Origin: Gemmatimonadaceae bacterium | GTDB lineage: Bacteria; Gemmatimonadota; Gemmatimonadetes; Gemmatimonadales; Gemmatimonadaceae | Length of the DNA stretch: 64,000 bases | Assembly (NCBI GenBank): GCA_045803545.1 | Contig: JBJMOW010000004.1 | Coordinates: 736,001 to 800,000, forward strand | Direction of reading: 5' to 3' | Shown here: piece by piece, positions 49,322 to 59,495 of the stretch | Layout: each line of letters begins with the position of its first letter | Numbering within the stretch: position 1 is the first letter of the stretch | The notes under the pieces: generated by a model | What the model was told of the DNA's origin: nothing | Database searches by the model: none | What the model saw: the letters and a program-made list of their open reading frames with translations, nothing else | Made by a program: the position numbers and the translations under genes

Positions 49322-51097
49322 CTACCAAGCCGGCATATGGAATAGCCTGCCAGAATCGTCTACGTCATGCAGGCGGAGAATTATCTCTTCCTCGCCGAAA
49401 GATATGCGTTCGCCACGCGCATCCACGGGAAGCTCGGCATCGATGACCGTGATAATGTGTTGGGTTCCGACGCTCGCATACGCGCGAATAGTGTCTAGCA
49501 GGTTGAGTTTCTTCCGGTCATCTAACGTCTCCAAGACCCCATCATGGTAAACGAAATGCGGATATTTGCGGCTCGAATAGGTTCGCAGCATTGCCATATC
49601 AAACGCAATACATAAAAGACGACCGTACGAAAAGCCTTCAGCCGCGCTGGTTGGCTGTCCCTCGGAGTCGACTATCTCTGCATGAAAATCCGGGTGACCT
49701 TCCTTGTTGACCTCAGTGTACATGTTGCCATGACGCCCGATGACGCGAAATACCACGTCGTCGAGCGAGCGCCTGATGTCCCCATACACACCTTCAGTTT
49801 GAACTAGAGATCTTTCCAACCTGGCCTGCGTGGCCAGCTTCTCGGCTTCAAGTTCTCGAATCGCTTGGCGTATAGCGAGCAGTTCCTCGACTGACTTCTG
49901 TCTGAGGCGAAGGATCTCAAATTCTGCCTGTCGATGAGATAGCCTACGGGTCAACGCCTTATACGAGGCTATCGCCTCAGCGTTGCTTAGGCTTTGGAGG
50001 GCCTCAGTACGCTTCTCGTTAAGGTTACTTAGCTCCGCCTCTAGGTCACGTGCCTTGGCGTCAAGTTCCGAAAGCTCATCGCGCAGGTAGCCGTCCCGCT
50101 CTTCGACAAGCTCCTTATTAAAACGTTCCAAGGCGCTGTAGTCTCTTCTGATTTGTTCACCGAAATAGATGTTAGCCTGCGCGAAAATCGACTCCAGCGT
50201 TTGAAGATTTACTGAGATTCGCTGTTCAAGGGCGCCTATGATGCGCGCTTTATCCGTTTCGACTGCGTAACGCTCGTCGTTGAGAACAGCGATTTGTTTA
50301 TCGACATCGCCGACAAGCGCTCGCGTAGTGCGGGCTTCTGAAGGGCCCAAGTTGAAATCCGCGAGTTCTTTGCTCAGCTGCTCCACATCCCTCTGTGCGA
50401 TCTCGACTACCCCGCGCACTTGGTCCAGAGTCTCGGAGCCCCCTGCGGTGTTTCGCAGGGACTTCGCTAGCGCGAGCTGCTCTTCGATGGTCGCCTCTAT
50501 GTCGTAAATACGACTCACCAACTCTGAATCCAAACCGAGGATGTGTGCCAAGAACGGTTTCCACTCCGCATGTTTCCCGACATGCTTGGAGAGCCGGAAG
50601 GGATCGTCGTAATCACTCTGCGTCCGTAAAGCATAAGCGAGTGCGTTACGGTAGGACCAAGGCTTCACCACATCTAAATCAAGGGCCGCGTCGAGAAGTT
50701 CACGCGCCTTCTCGAAAGGAACGGCCCAGTGTGTCCACTGATCATCAGCGGCTAAGGACCAGTCGCGGATCTGATCAGTATGGTATGCGAACGCCGGCTT
50801 ACTCGATTCAGAGACAGATCTCCGAACCGTCATGTACGAGCCTTCTTGTAGCTGGATTTCAAGAAAGAACACGAACGGCTGAAATTGTTCATGCTGAAAC
50901 AAGAAGAACGTCGGCGATCGCTTTTTCACCAGACAAAAGTCGATCAGTTGCGCCAGCAGTGATTTGCCGAGGTTGTGAGTGTCGCGTTCGCGAAGTTGTG
51001 GCTTCAGCACCTTGCCGAGGACAACGTTCAAGCCGTCTCTGAACTCAATGGGCGTAAAGAGGGAGGGACTATTTGAGTAGAGCCGACGGAGCTTCAT
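49322..51097 (-). CDS. lmuB: Lamassu/ABC-3C SMC-like ATPase (DUF2326-type)
   Basis: Walker A-like THNLGKS, long coiled coil, FVYHDG..E.LD.RKK C-terminus. Confidence 0.82.
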   Translation of the reverse strand: MKLRRLYSNSPSLFTPIEFRDGLNVVLGKVLKPQLRERDTHNLGKSLLAQLIDFCLVKKRSPTFFLFQHEQFQPFVFFLEIQLQEGSYMTVRRSVSESSKPAFAYHTDQIRDWSLAADDQWTHWAVPFEKARELLDAALDLDVVKPWSYRNALAYALRTQSDYDDPFRLSKHVGKHAEWKPFLAHILGLDSELVSRIYDIEATIEEQLALAKSLRNTAGGSETLDQVRGVVEIAQRDVEQLSKELADFNLGPSEARTTRALVGDVDKQIAVLNDERYAVETDKARIIGALEQRISVNLQTLESIFAQANIYFGEQIRRDYSALERFNKELVEERDGYLRDELSELDAKARDLEAELSNLNEKRTEALQSLSNAEAIASYKALTRRLSHRQAEFEILRLRQKSVEELLAIRQAIRELEAEKLATQARLERSLVQTEGVYGDIRRSLDDVVFRVIGRHGNMYTEVNKEGHPDFHAEIVDSEGQPTSAAEGFSYGRLLCIAFDMAMLRTYSSRKYPHFVYHDGVLETLDDRKKLNLLDTIRAYASVGTQHIITVIDAELPVDARGERISFGEEEIILRLHDVDDSGRLFHMPAW

Positions 51098-51330
51098 GGG
51101 CCGACGTATTCAATCGCGTCTGCTTTCCGACGGTAGGCAATCAAACCAAGCAGGAACAGCGTATGAAGCGCTGGGACGATAAGGGGGTCGACCTCAGCCC
51201 GAGTATTGTTAAGCCTGAGTCGCAAGTCCGTTAAGCTCACGATGCGTTGACTTCGGACGAGCTGTAGAGCATTCGCCGCGACTGGAACGACTGTCAGAGA
51301 AGGATCGGAGTGTTTATTCGGCCGCAGCAT
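51094..51330 (-). CDS. lmuC: Lamassu/ABC-3C middle component
   Basis: 78 aa MLRPNKH...LFLLGLIAY; overlaps both neighbours. Confidence 0.78.
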   Translation of the reverse strand: MLRPNKHSDPSLTVVPVAANALQLVRSQRIVSLTDLRLRLNNTRAEVDPLIVPALHTLFLLGLIAYRRKADAIEYVGP

Positions 51331-52264
51331 CGCTGGTTCCAATATCGCAGTTCCAATACATGTAATACAGCACAAGCTTAGTAAGTCGCTTTTTACTTCT
51401 GAGGTCGCCATCGCGTTCAAAAAGCAAGTTCTGAATGCGTACTAGAACTTTATCGAACGTGTCGTGGTCTGCGCGATGCGCGACTATCTGATCATGCAGC
51501 TCGGCCGCCGCGTCCAAGTATCGTTGAAGAACGGCGTCGTTTGCTGGGAGAGCCAAGAATCGCTTTATCTTATCGAAATCCTTCAGGTACTTTGACGTAA
51601 TCAGTTTGGCAAAATCTTCGGAAAGGCCATTTTCAGCGTTTTTTTGGCGGAACGATACCCTCTCAAGTTCGTCCACCTCTTCTGTTGCCGCGCTGAACAC
51701 GTCCCTGTCGCGATCGAGCGCAGTGATGGTCTCGGCCAAGTCATCAGGATTTATTAACAGCGGAGCATTTAAGATCTTGACATCAGCCGTGGTCGCAATC
51801 GTTGGGTGGCGCTTTAAGAGGACATCCATTCGCTCAACTCCAAACAACTCCACCCTTGTTACTCCTGTTTCGTTCAAAATTCGCTGCCTGATCTGCGAAT
51901 CAGAGACGCCGGCCAACCGTCGGTTCGAAAACAACATGTAGTTTTGAAGTTCACCTTGATTGACGAGGTTCCTAATCCTAGGGATCTCTTTAGACAGTAC
52001 CGAGCTATCTGTCTGCCCGGAAAAATCTGTGTCGCTGAATTTTCCAACTGGATTTTCAGTGTGTTTCGCCTGAACAACGAACTTTCCCGAGAGTGGAGCA
52101 TTCTCGCTTGGAAACCTGCTAGCGGTTCCTTCAAAGCGGGCGTCCCGACCGCCGTCTGGTCCAGTCGAAAACGGCTGAACACCATCACCGAGAATTTCGA
52201 AACACGTTGCGACGACGATGCGTTCAAAGGAGTCCGATGTCGCATCAAAGTAGGGCACTCTCAA
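51314..52264 (-). CDS. lmuA: Lamassu/ABC-3C effector: Mrr-like PD-(D/E)xK nuclease plus CTD
   Basis: FE...GPDGGRD...VVQAKH; C-terminal YMYWNCDIG. Confidence 0.8.
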   Translation of the reverse strand: MRVPYFDATSDSFERIVVATCFEILGDGVQPFSTGPDGGRDARFEGTASRFPSENAPLSGKFVVQAKHTENPVGKFSDTDFSGQTDSSVLSKEIPRIRNLVNQGELQNYMLFSNRRLAGVSDSQIRQRILNETGVTRVELFGVERMDVLLKRHPTIATTADVKILNAPLLINPDDLAETITALDRDRDVFSAATEEVDELERVSFRQKNAENGLSEDFAKLITSKYLKDFDKIKRFLALPANDAVLQRYLDAAAELHDQIVAHRADHDTFDKVLVRIQNLLFERDGDLRSKKRLTKLVLYYMYWNCDIGTSDAAAE

Positions 52265-52352
52265 GCTTTTAGCTCCAAGTCAGGCGAAACTCTGATCCAT
52301 CGCCGATTTCTATACCCCAACCTCCGACAAGCCCTCATTTGCTGCAATTATC

Positions 52353-52538
52353 TCATAGGTGGCCTGCCGCTTCACAACGCCGAAGGTTTTCCTTAGCATT
52401 GCCGCCACAGCTTCTATCGATCCTCTGGGCGATTTCCGCCGTTGAATGATCGGGGGGTGGATTTACCGCATGCGTCTCAGTCCGGACGGCGGCAAATTCA
52501 ACGGCCGCGACGGATTTAGATCGTCTTGCCAATGTCAC
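52353..52538 (-). CDS. Possible small HTH-like protein
   Basis: ATGA overlap with the upstream gene; STAEIAQRIDRS...ENLRRCEAAGHL. Confidence 0.3.
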   Translation of the reverse strand: MTLARRSKSVAAVEFAAVRTETHAVNPPPDHSTAEIAQRIDRSCGGNAKENLRRCEAAGHL

Positions 52539-53338
52539 GGCGATAGCGATTTCTTGCCTGCTTCGATAAGAAGTTGCTTTCCGATCTCCGCCGTGGTCGT
52601 TTTGAGGAGCTTAGCGTTCTCGGGGTCGTTGAAAAAGGAGGAAAGTCGAACCATGACGCTCCCTGCGAATCCTGGCTTCTTGAGTGACTCCACCGTTCCT
52701 TTAAGGGTCTCGATCTCTTTGTGGAGTTGGTCGGCTTTCCGCCGAAGCTCCTTTTGATTGGCATCCGCGCTCTCGAGCTGCGCGAGCAGGTTAGTTTCTA
52801 GCTCATCGAGTTTGCGGCGCATCTCGGCCGCCTCTTCCTTGGTAAAATATTCATCCTCGAGAGTATCAAATTGGGAGAGCATCTCACTGATGGCTTTACT
52901 CTGTTCGGAGATCTGCCGCATCACAGGAGGAGCGACCAGATCCTCTAGAACTCGGTTAGCCCATTCTTGAATCGTGCCGCTTAGGTGATACGTCGAAACC
53001 GTGCCAGATTCTCGTTGCGCTACTGATCCAGGTGCCGCCATGTACGAAAAGTCGGATCCTGCGTTGGCCTTTACCGAAAGTCGGAAGAAGAAGCGCGAGT
53101 CGAATCTATAGGAAATCGTAAGAGTCGTCGTGCCCTCCTTCTCCGTCTGATCGAAGGTGAACTCCTCGACGGAAAATTTGCTACGCTCAAGGCTTTCACG
53201 AATTGACGAAATGATCTTGTCTCTTAACACCGGGTCCCTGCCGAGTAGTGGGCCAAAGTCATGGTAGATTCGCCCGATCGGAGTCTCGTCCAAACTTCCT
53301 ACAGGGTGCAAAAGGGCGAAATGTCTATTTTGTATCAT
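52535..53338 (-). CDS. Hypothetical protein with C-terminal coiled coil
   Basis: 267-aa ORF in the AT-richer island; start uncertain. Confidence 0.7.
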   Translation of the reverse strand: MIQNRHFALLHPVGSLDETPIGRIYHDFGPLLGRDPVLRDKIISSIRESLERSKFSVEEFTFDQTEKEGTTTLTISYRFDSRFFFRLSVKANAGSDFSYMAAPGSVAQRESGTVSTYHLSGTIQEWANRVLEDLVAPPVMRQISEQSKAISEMLSQFDTLEDEYFTKEEAAEMRRKLDELETNLLAQLESADANQKELRRKADQLHKEIETLKGTVESLKKPGFAGSVMVRLSSFFNDPENAKLLKTTTAEIGKQLLIEAGKKSLSP

Positions 53339-53463
53339 CCTACTGTCGTTTTTCTATCACTTGGAGGTCCGAGGCTAAAAAGGAGTGCTCAATCACGGCA
53401 AGTACGTCGGCCAAAAAAGAGGTAGTTCATTTCTCTGGATGGCTGCCTAGCGGGCGACATTCC

Positions 53464-54909
53464 CTAATATCCTACTCGCGCGCCCTCAGCATCGACCGCG
53501 TTCGTCGTGCTGCCGCCGAAATAGATCCCCACCCCAATGACATTTGCGACCAGAATCACCGTGATGATCTTCAGCGCGAATATCCGCCAACTTGCGACCT
53601 CGATAATCGGAAACACCGATAGCGTCGAATAAAGCAGCGACATCGCGAATCCGGATGCAGACGCGATCTTCAACCAGAGTGGCGGCTTCCGCTGAAGATT
53701 CCGAGCGCCGAAGAGTGGAATCGCAAACAGCCCCAGGTACGTGAACGCGTAAAGAATCCCCGCAGCGTTCTCCAGCAGCTGAAACGCTTCCTGGACGCCG
53801 ACGCCGATCTGACCTGCGAGTGAGAATGCGATCGTGATCGCGCTCACCAATAGAATGGAATTGACCGGCGTTCTGAACCGCGGATGCAGTCGCGTGAACC
53901 AGCTCGGTAGCAGATTGTCCCAGCCCGCGACGAGCGGCAGACGGGTGTTGCCGTTGAACAACATCGTCACCACTCCCATGTGTCGCAGCAGTAACAACAA
54001 AATCAGCGCGGGCGCGATGAGCCGCATTGCGCCCGTTCCCTCGAAGCCCACACTCAGCGCCTGCGGAATCGGGCTCACCAGATCGATGCGGTCTCTCGGC
54101 ACCAGCGAGATCACGCTGTCGGTGCCGAGTATGAACATTAGTGCGATGATCGGCGCGGCGACCAGCACCGAGCGCGTGATGGTACGACTGGCGCTGCGCG
54201 TTTCGCCGGCCATGATCGCGACGTACTCGAACCCACTCAGCGCGCCCAGTCCCATCTTCCCGAAGATGTTGAGGCTGAACGGAGTAAGTTTTGGCGCCGA
54301 GATGTCGAGCGGGTGGTACGCGACGGACCGCCCATGCGCGAGTGCAACGAACGGCACAATCAACAGCGCGGCGAAAGTGAGCACGTGCGCAGCTCCGCCA
54401 ACATCCTGCACCCAGCGACCAACACGCAGGCCGAACACCGCGATTATCGTCACCGCCATCAGCGCCAGTGTGCTGACGATCGGCGTGTACCACCACAGAT
54501 GCGAAAGTGCCGCGCTGCTTCCGCTCAGTAAATAGGCGGCATTCGTCGCGATGGTGACGCCGAAGGTGGCGCCGATCAGCACCGCGTACGCCCACAGATT
54601 CCAGGCGAGCATGAATCCGGCGAACCGCCCGAGAGCAATCGATGTCCACTGGTACAGGCCACCTTCGAGTGGCATCAGCCGCGAGAGGAAGATCACGACC
54701 GCGGCCTGCGGCAGATAATAGAACACGATCGCCAGCAGCCAGAAAACCGTATGCGCGCTGCCGAGTTTTGCCGCGACCCCGACCCAGCTCGCGCCGACCA
54801 CGTACATGATCTGCATCAGGACGAGGTCGGTTAGCCCGAGCTCTTTCCCGAGCCCGGCACTCCTGGCCTCGACTTCGGCGACACGATCTGATGCTAGCTG
54901 GGTGGACAA
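53464..54909 (-). CDS. APC family amino acid permease
   Basis: EGGLYQW, GFE, HPRFRTP, about 12 TM segments. Confidence 0.92.
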   Translation of the reverse strand: MSTQLASDRVAEVEARSAGLGKELGLTDLVLMQIMYVVGASWVGVAAKLGSAHTVFWLLAIVFYYLPQAAVVIFLSRLMPLEGGLYQWTSIALGRFAGFMLAWNLWAYAVLIGATFGVTIATNAAYLLSGSSAALSHLWWYTPIVSTLALMAVTIIAVFGLRVGRWVQDVGGAAHVLTFAALLIVPFVALAHGRSVAYHPLDISAPKLTPFSLNIFGKMGLGALSGFEYVAIMAGETRSASRTITRSVLVAAPIIALMFILGTDSVISLVPRDRIDLVSPIPQALSVGFEGTGAMRLIAPALILLLLLRHMGVVTMLFNGNTRLPLVAGWDNLLPSWFTRLHPRFRTPVNSILLVSAITIAFSLAGQIGVGVQEAFQLLENAAGILYAFTYLGLFAIPLFGARNLQRKPPLWLKIASASGFAMSLLYSTLSVFPIIEVASWRIFALKIITVILVANVIGVGIYFGGSTTNAVDAEGARVGY

Positions 54910-54961
54910 GACCTCAAAGCTTCACCGTCCAGAGAATAGCGCAACCGACGCCCTGCTTTTG

Positions 54962-56431
54962 CTAATCTTCTTCGTCAGCGCAGAACCACCAGGGGCTGGT
55001 GCGCACTCGGAGCATTAGTAGAGCACCCAGAGTCCATGCCTCACGCCGACGACTCTTGCTGTGGAGTGAAGCGAGCGCGATGCGAAAGTGATCGAGCGCT
55101 CGCATACGCGCGAGCTCACCTTCGGATTTCGGCGGCACAGAATCGACGTAGTCTCCAGAATCAGTTTGCGATAACTGGAATATCGCTGAGTACGCCGCAC
55201 CCACGTAGAACTGAACGAGCGGATCTCTGTCTCCACGTCGAATGTCGGCTTCGCCGCGGTCGATCATTGTTCGATAGAAATCAGCACTTTTCGCGCATTC
55301 CTTGTCCTCGTCGAAACCCCGAGCCAATAGTCTGACGAACGCGAGATGACCTACCCGACCGAGTGAGTCGAGTGCGTACGCTTGCCATAACCACGGACGG
55401 GCGAAGGCCGATGAGGGATCGAATCCGTGAACTTCCGAGCCCGTGTTGATCGACTGTAGAGTGTCGTACAGCCGGACCGCGGCTCTATTGCCATACGGTG
55501 GTGGCGGATAGGCAATGGTCGCAAAGCGGACGATGTCGGCAGCGAGCAGTGCAGCTGCCTGGCGAGCAGAATCGAGGTGCGGCGCGGTATCTCGCGTAGC
55601 GATGTAGGCGCGAATGAGCGCCGAGTCGGCTGCCGGATTGCGCAAGGTGTCCGAGTGCGCCTTAGGTCGGCGAAGCTCGGCGAGCATCGTTCGCAGATCT
55701 GCACCAATCGACGGCAGCCCGGCCCAGGCAATCGCTGAATCGGCATCGACCAGGGTCTCTTTGCCGGCTTCGCCATTCTGTTTAGACTCTTCCTGCCAAT
55801 TCGCGGTGAAGAAGTCGTTATCGGTTACGGCGCTGCTTTGGCTGTACGCCTCGACAATCACTTTGCGGCCAGTGGCGCCACGTGTAGTTGCGAGCAGGAC
55901 TCGCGCGCGCGGCTTGCTCCAGGTTTTGCTGTCAGTCCATCCCTCGATCGTGCCCTCACTGAGTCGCGTCCCTGCAGTCGGGTCTCCGAGCTTTGCTGCG
56001 ATTGCCTTGGTGATTTCATCGTCGAGCGCGACAGCGGTGACAGAATCCATTTCGTCAGTTTCGACCAAAATCGTCGTCAGGCGACACAGCTGGGCATCGG
56101 CGTCTAGTGTATCGGCAGGGAGTTGTTCGGCTGGAGGCGGGATAATTCTGAAGACCGCGAACCGCCTCGCGTGATGATTCGCTACGTTCGCGTCACTGAT
56201 TGAGGTTCGGCAGAAGGAGCGATCCTCGGAGTACAGCGGGTAGACGCTCGATAGACTGTCTTTCGGATTTGACTTGAGCCAGTTACCGAGTGTCGCGGTC
56301 GTGTCCAGCATCGTCGTGGCGGCGAGGACTGCGATATCGTCGCTGTGGACCTGTTGGGAGTCGACTTTTTCGCAGCAAGGAAGCAGAACGCACGCAAGAG
56401 CGGCCAGCGAGAGAGGAGAAGACAGGCGCAT
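54962..56431 (-). CDS. Hypothetical exported protein/lipoprotein
   Basis: 489-aa ORF with signal peptide ending LLPCC. Confidence 0.7.
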   Translation of the reverse strand: MRLSSPLSLAALACVLLPCCEKVDSQQVHSDDIAVLAATTMLDTTATLGNWLKSNPKDSLSSVYPLYSEDRSFCRTSISDANVANHHARRFAVFRIIPPPAEQLPADTLDADAQLCRLTTILVETDEMDSVTAVALDDEITKAIAAKLGDPTAGTRLSEGTIEGWTDSKTWSKPRARVLLATTRGATGRKVIVEAYSQSSAVTDNDFFTANWQEESKQNGEAGKETLVDADSAIAWAGLPSIGADLRTMLAELRRPKAHSDTLRNPAADSALIRAYIATRDTAPHLDSARQAAALLAADIVRFATIAYPPPPYGNRAAVRLYDTLQSINTGSEVHGFDPSSAFARPWLWQAYALDSLGRVGHLAFVRLLARGFDEDKECAKSADFYRTMIDRGEADIRRGDRDPLVQFYVGAAYSAIFQLSQTDSGDYVDSVPPKSEGELARMRALDHFRIALASLHSKSRRREAWTLGALLMLRVRTSPWWFCADEED

Positions 56432-56548
56432 ACTTCAAACACGATTTCCAATCGGCAGCGCAACGCGGTAACCAGCATGCGCGGCAGTAAAACTCAGGGA
56501 GTGTCGATTTCTTATCGGACGCCGCCGATCGAGGTGCGGTGAGACACG

Positions 56549-57910
56549 TCAACGCGCAGCTATATCTGCCGCCCGACCATACACGGAAACAAATCCGCGC
56601 CCGGTACTGACTAAGCCCTGATAGTCACCTGGCCACGAGAGCGGCATTGAGTCGAGCTCGCTCGATGAACCCGCGACCAGACCGTGCTCTGTCATCTGAA
56701 GCGGTGTTCGCTGCAATCGCATCGTCGTCTCCGCCTGTGTTCGTGCAGCGAAGTCAGCTTCCAGATACGTGATCGCCACCTCGTCGCTTGGACTCGCCGC
56801 GATCTGCGGCAGCCAGGCCGTCACGCTGCTGTCCGCGGACACCGGTATCGGTTCGGCCCAGCGAGCTCCGTCGGCCGACCAGGTGACCGATACTCTTCGC
56901 AGCGGCGCGATTCCCGGCCGCGCCTCCGTGAAAGCGATCGCGACGCGTCCGCTCTTCGGAAGTACAACTGCGTGCACGATGTCGTCGGCAAATACAAAGG
57001 CGTTGCTATCCGTCGGCAAGTGCGTCGGCGGCGCTTGTCGAATTTGTGCGGCGATATGCTCGGGGCTCCAGTCGTCACCGCCATTATCCGATGTCATGAC
57101 GCCGATGACCATCCCCGTAGAGTTGCGGCGTGTGTACACCGCATACAATCTCCCGGAGCGCGGATCCACTTTGATCTGCGGCGCGCCAATTCGCTCGCGG
57201 TTGACCCGTGGCGTGATGAGACGAAGCGGCTCCCAGCTGCGTCCTCCATCCTTCGAGCGTGCGAAGCCGAGTTGACCGAAATAGGTGCGAGGTGTCGGCC
57301 ACTCGCCGTGGGTGGTCGCGACATAAACCCACTCGTTGCGGACCGGATCCGCAGTGATCGCGAGATTGTCGAACGCGATTGTCTTTGACGACGCGATTGC
57401 GATGGCCCTCGGCCGCTCCCATGAGCGACCGGCATCGCCTGAGGCCGCCACGACGAGAGCGCTCACCAGATCAGGGCCACCGCCTGGATTCGGAGTCCAC
57501 GCGATGGCGGACGCGTAGACTCGATGGTTGGGTCCGAACTCAACCCACGGATCGCTGGCGCGCTCCGCATCCGGAACCGGACCGCCCGCGCATGCATTGA
57601 TCGCCGCAGTGTGAGGTTTGGTCCAGGTCTTTCCACTGTCGGTGGATCGCGACCATTGAATGGCCGAACCGTGCGAGCCGTGGGTCTGCCAAACGGCGAT
57701 CAGTTTCGTTGCGTCGCGTGGGTCAGCGGCGATGTACGCTTCGTCGTCGACAAATGCGTGCGTTGGACCAGCCGCGTGTGTCAGACATCGAAGTCCGTAG
57801 CCATCGATGGCTGCATCGTTGCTAATGAGTACGAAGCGTTGTGGCTGAGTAAGAACGCCGAAAATAAGAAGCGGCGTAGCAAGCGCGACTGCCAGGCGAG
57901 GTCGCAGCAC
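56549..57910 (-). CDS. BNR/Asp-box (sialidase-fold) protein
   Basis: STDSGKTW, SKDGGRSW, SDNGGDDW, GDY; GGAGG RBS. Confidence 0.85.
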   Translation of the reverse strand: MLRPRLAVALATPLLIFGVLTQPQRFVLISNDAAIDGYGLRCLTHAAGPTHAFVDDEAYIAADPRDATKLIAVWQTHGSHGSAIQWSRSTDSGKTWTKPHTAAINACAGGPVPDAERASDPWVEFGPNHRVYASAIAWTPNPGGGPDLVSALVVAASGDAGRSWERPRAIAIASSKTIAFDNLAITADPVRNEWVYVATTHGEWPTPRTYFGQLGFARSKDGGRSWEPLRLITPRVNRERIGAPQIKVDPRSGRLYAVYTRRNSTGMVIGVMTSDNGGDDWSPEHIAAQIRQAPPTHLPTDSNAFVFADDIVHAVVLPKSGRVAIAFTEARPGIAPLRRVSVTWSADGARWAEPIPVSADSSVTAWLPQIAASPSDEVAITYLEADFAARTQAETTMRLQRTPLQMTEHGLVAGSSSELDSMPLSWPGDYQGLVSTGRGFVSVYGRAADIAAR

Positions 57911-58050
57911 GACATCCTCCAGAATCTGCAGACTCGGACTCCGCTGCCGTGGCACTTGGTTGCGGTTTCCGAGTCCGTGGATTGTCGTGCGGGGTGCCTC
58001 CCACAATCACAATATTACTCGAACGGCGGCGGGGAATCACGAAGTGGCGC

Positions 58051-58440
58051 TTACGGTGTGGTCCGCGGCTTAACCGCGCGCATGCGCCACAGCGCGCGCG
58101 CCGAGAGGATGACGCCAAACGTGCCGGTTACACCGAGGGCGTAAAGCGTCCAGACGAAAAAGAAGGCTCCGGCGGACCGTTTGACGCCGACGCCCGCTGC
58201 CGACATATGGATGACCGGCATACCTACGGCGATGATCGAGCCGATAAGAACAATGACGAGGCCCCATCGCCGATCGCTCCACAACAGCGTCGCGCAGAGA
58301 TAGACCACGAGTATGGCGATCCCGACGAGGTTGGTGAGCCCACCTGCCGCAAAACCGAGCACGATGTCCTCTGAAATGTGGAGCGACAACAATAGAATCG
58401 AGATCAGGGACGTCACCGTGAGCATCACACTGGATTTCAT
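58051..58440 (-). CDS. Small four-TM membrane protein
   Basis: Hydrophobic; HISED motif; GAGG RBS. Confidence 0.7.
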   Translation of the reverse strand: MKSSVMLTVTSLISILLLSLHISEDIVLGFAAGGLTNLVGIAILVVYLCATLLWSDRRWGLVIVLIGSIIAVGMPVIHMSAAGVGVKRSAGAFFFVWTLYALGVTGTFGVILSARALWRMRAVKPRTTP

Positions 58441-58518
58441 CGCAGGCCTCTTTTGTCGGTTGAAACAGAGTCGTCGTGTTCTGCGTACGAATAACTTAGT
58501 CCTTAGTTTCAGGCACCC

Positions 58519-59478
58519 ATGAGAGCGATCATCTATCGCGAGTTTGGTTCGCCTGACGTGCTCAAGGTCGAGCACGTCGATAAACCGGTGCCCGCTACCG
58601 GCGAAGTCCTCGTCGCAGTGCGCGCAGCTGCGGTCAACATGTTCGACTGGTACATGGTGCGAGGGAAGCCGCGCGTCTTTCGCCTCGTTCTCGGTTCACA
58701 TCCGAAGCCGCTCGGCGTCGATCTCGCCGGAGTAGTCGAGGCGATTGGATCCGGCGTCACCCGGTTCGGGCCGGGCGACCAGGTCTACGGAACCGGACGT
58801 GGAAAGTCGGTTCGCCCGAAGACCGGCTCCTTCGCCGAGTATGTGTGTGTCGCCGAAAATATGGTGGAGGCGAAGCCGCGCAACGTGACGTTCGAGCAGG
58901 CGGCGGCAGTCCCCGTTGCCGGATTCACCGCGCTGCAGGGACTTCGCAATCACGGCCTGCTGAAGCCAGGACACAAGATGCTGGTCAATGGAGCGTCGGG
59001 CGGGATCGGAACCTTTGCGGTGCAGATCGCCAAAGCGTTCGGAGCCGATGTCACCGGTGTGTGCAGCACGCGGAATGTCGAGATGGTGCGCCGGATCGGC
59101 GCCGATCACGTCATCGATTACACGCGTGATAGTTTTGCGGATGGTGCGATGCGCTACGACGTCATCCTCGACATCGTCGGCAACAAGTCGTGGGCGGAGT
59201 GCCGACGCATGCTGACAACGAATGGAAAGTATGTCGCGGCTGGTGGTCCGCCGCGCCGCGCGTTACCTCTGTTGCTGCGGGAGCCATTCACGCGAGGCAA
59301 GCTCACCACATTCGTTGCGCGCGCCAATCCCGGCGATCTCGCCGTGCTGCGGCAATTGATCGAAAGCGGCAGCGTAACTCCCATCATTGACCGCACCTAC
59401 CGTCTCGAGGAAACGGCCGAGGCAGTGAGGTACGTCGCGGCGGGTCACACTCGAGGCAAGGTCGTGATTACGTGTTAA
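58519..59478 (+). CDS. MDR-family NAD(P)-dependent oxidoreductase
   Basis: NGASGGIG, GADHVIDY, GKVVI. Confidence 0.93.
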   Translation: MRAIIYREFGSPDVLKVEHVDKPVPATGEVLVAVRAAAVNMFDWYMVRGKPRVFRLVLGSHPKPLGVDLAGVVEAIGSGVTRFGPGDQVYGTGRGKSVRPKTGSFAEYVCVAENMVEAKPRNVTFEQAAAVPVAGFTALQGLRNHGLLKPGHKMLVNGASGGIGTFAVQIAKAFGADVTGVCSTRNVEMVRRIGADHVIDYTRDSFADGAMRYDVILDIVGNKSWAECRRMLTTNGKYVAAGGPPRRALPLLLREPFTRGKLTTFVARANPGDLAVLRQLIESGSVTPIIDRTYRLEETAEAVRYVAAGHTRGKVVITC

Positions 59479-59495
59479 GCGCCGCGCCTGCCGGG

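Noticed and set aside
49154..49324. lmuB TAG is in frame with the S9 peptidase across 56 sense codons (possible readthrough fusion)
   Set aside because: S9 has its own GAGAGG RBS and signal peptide; chance or a truncated gene remnant at the island edge is more likely
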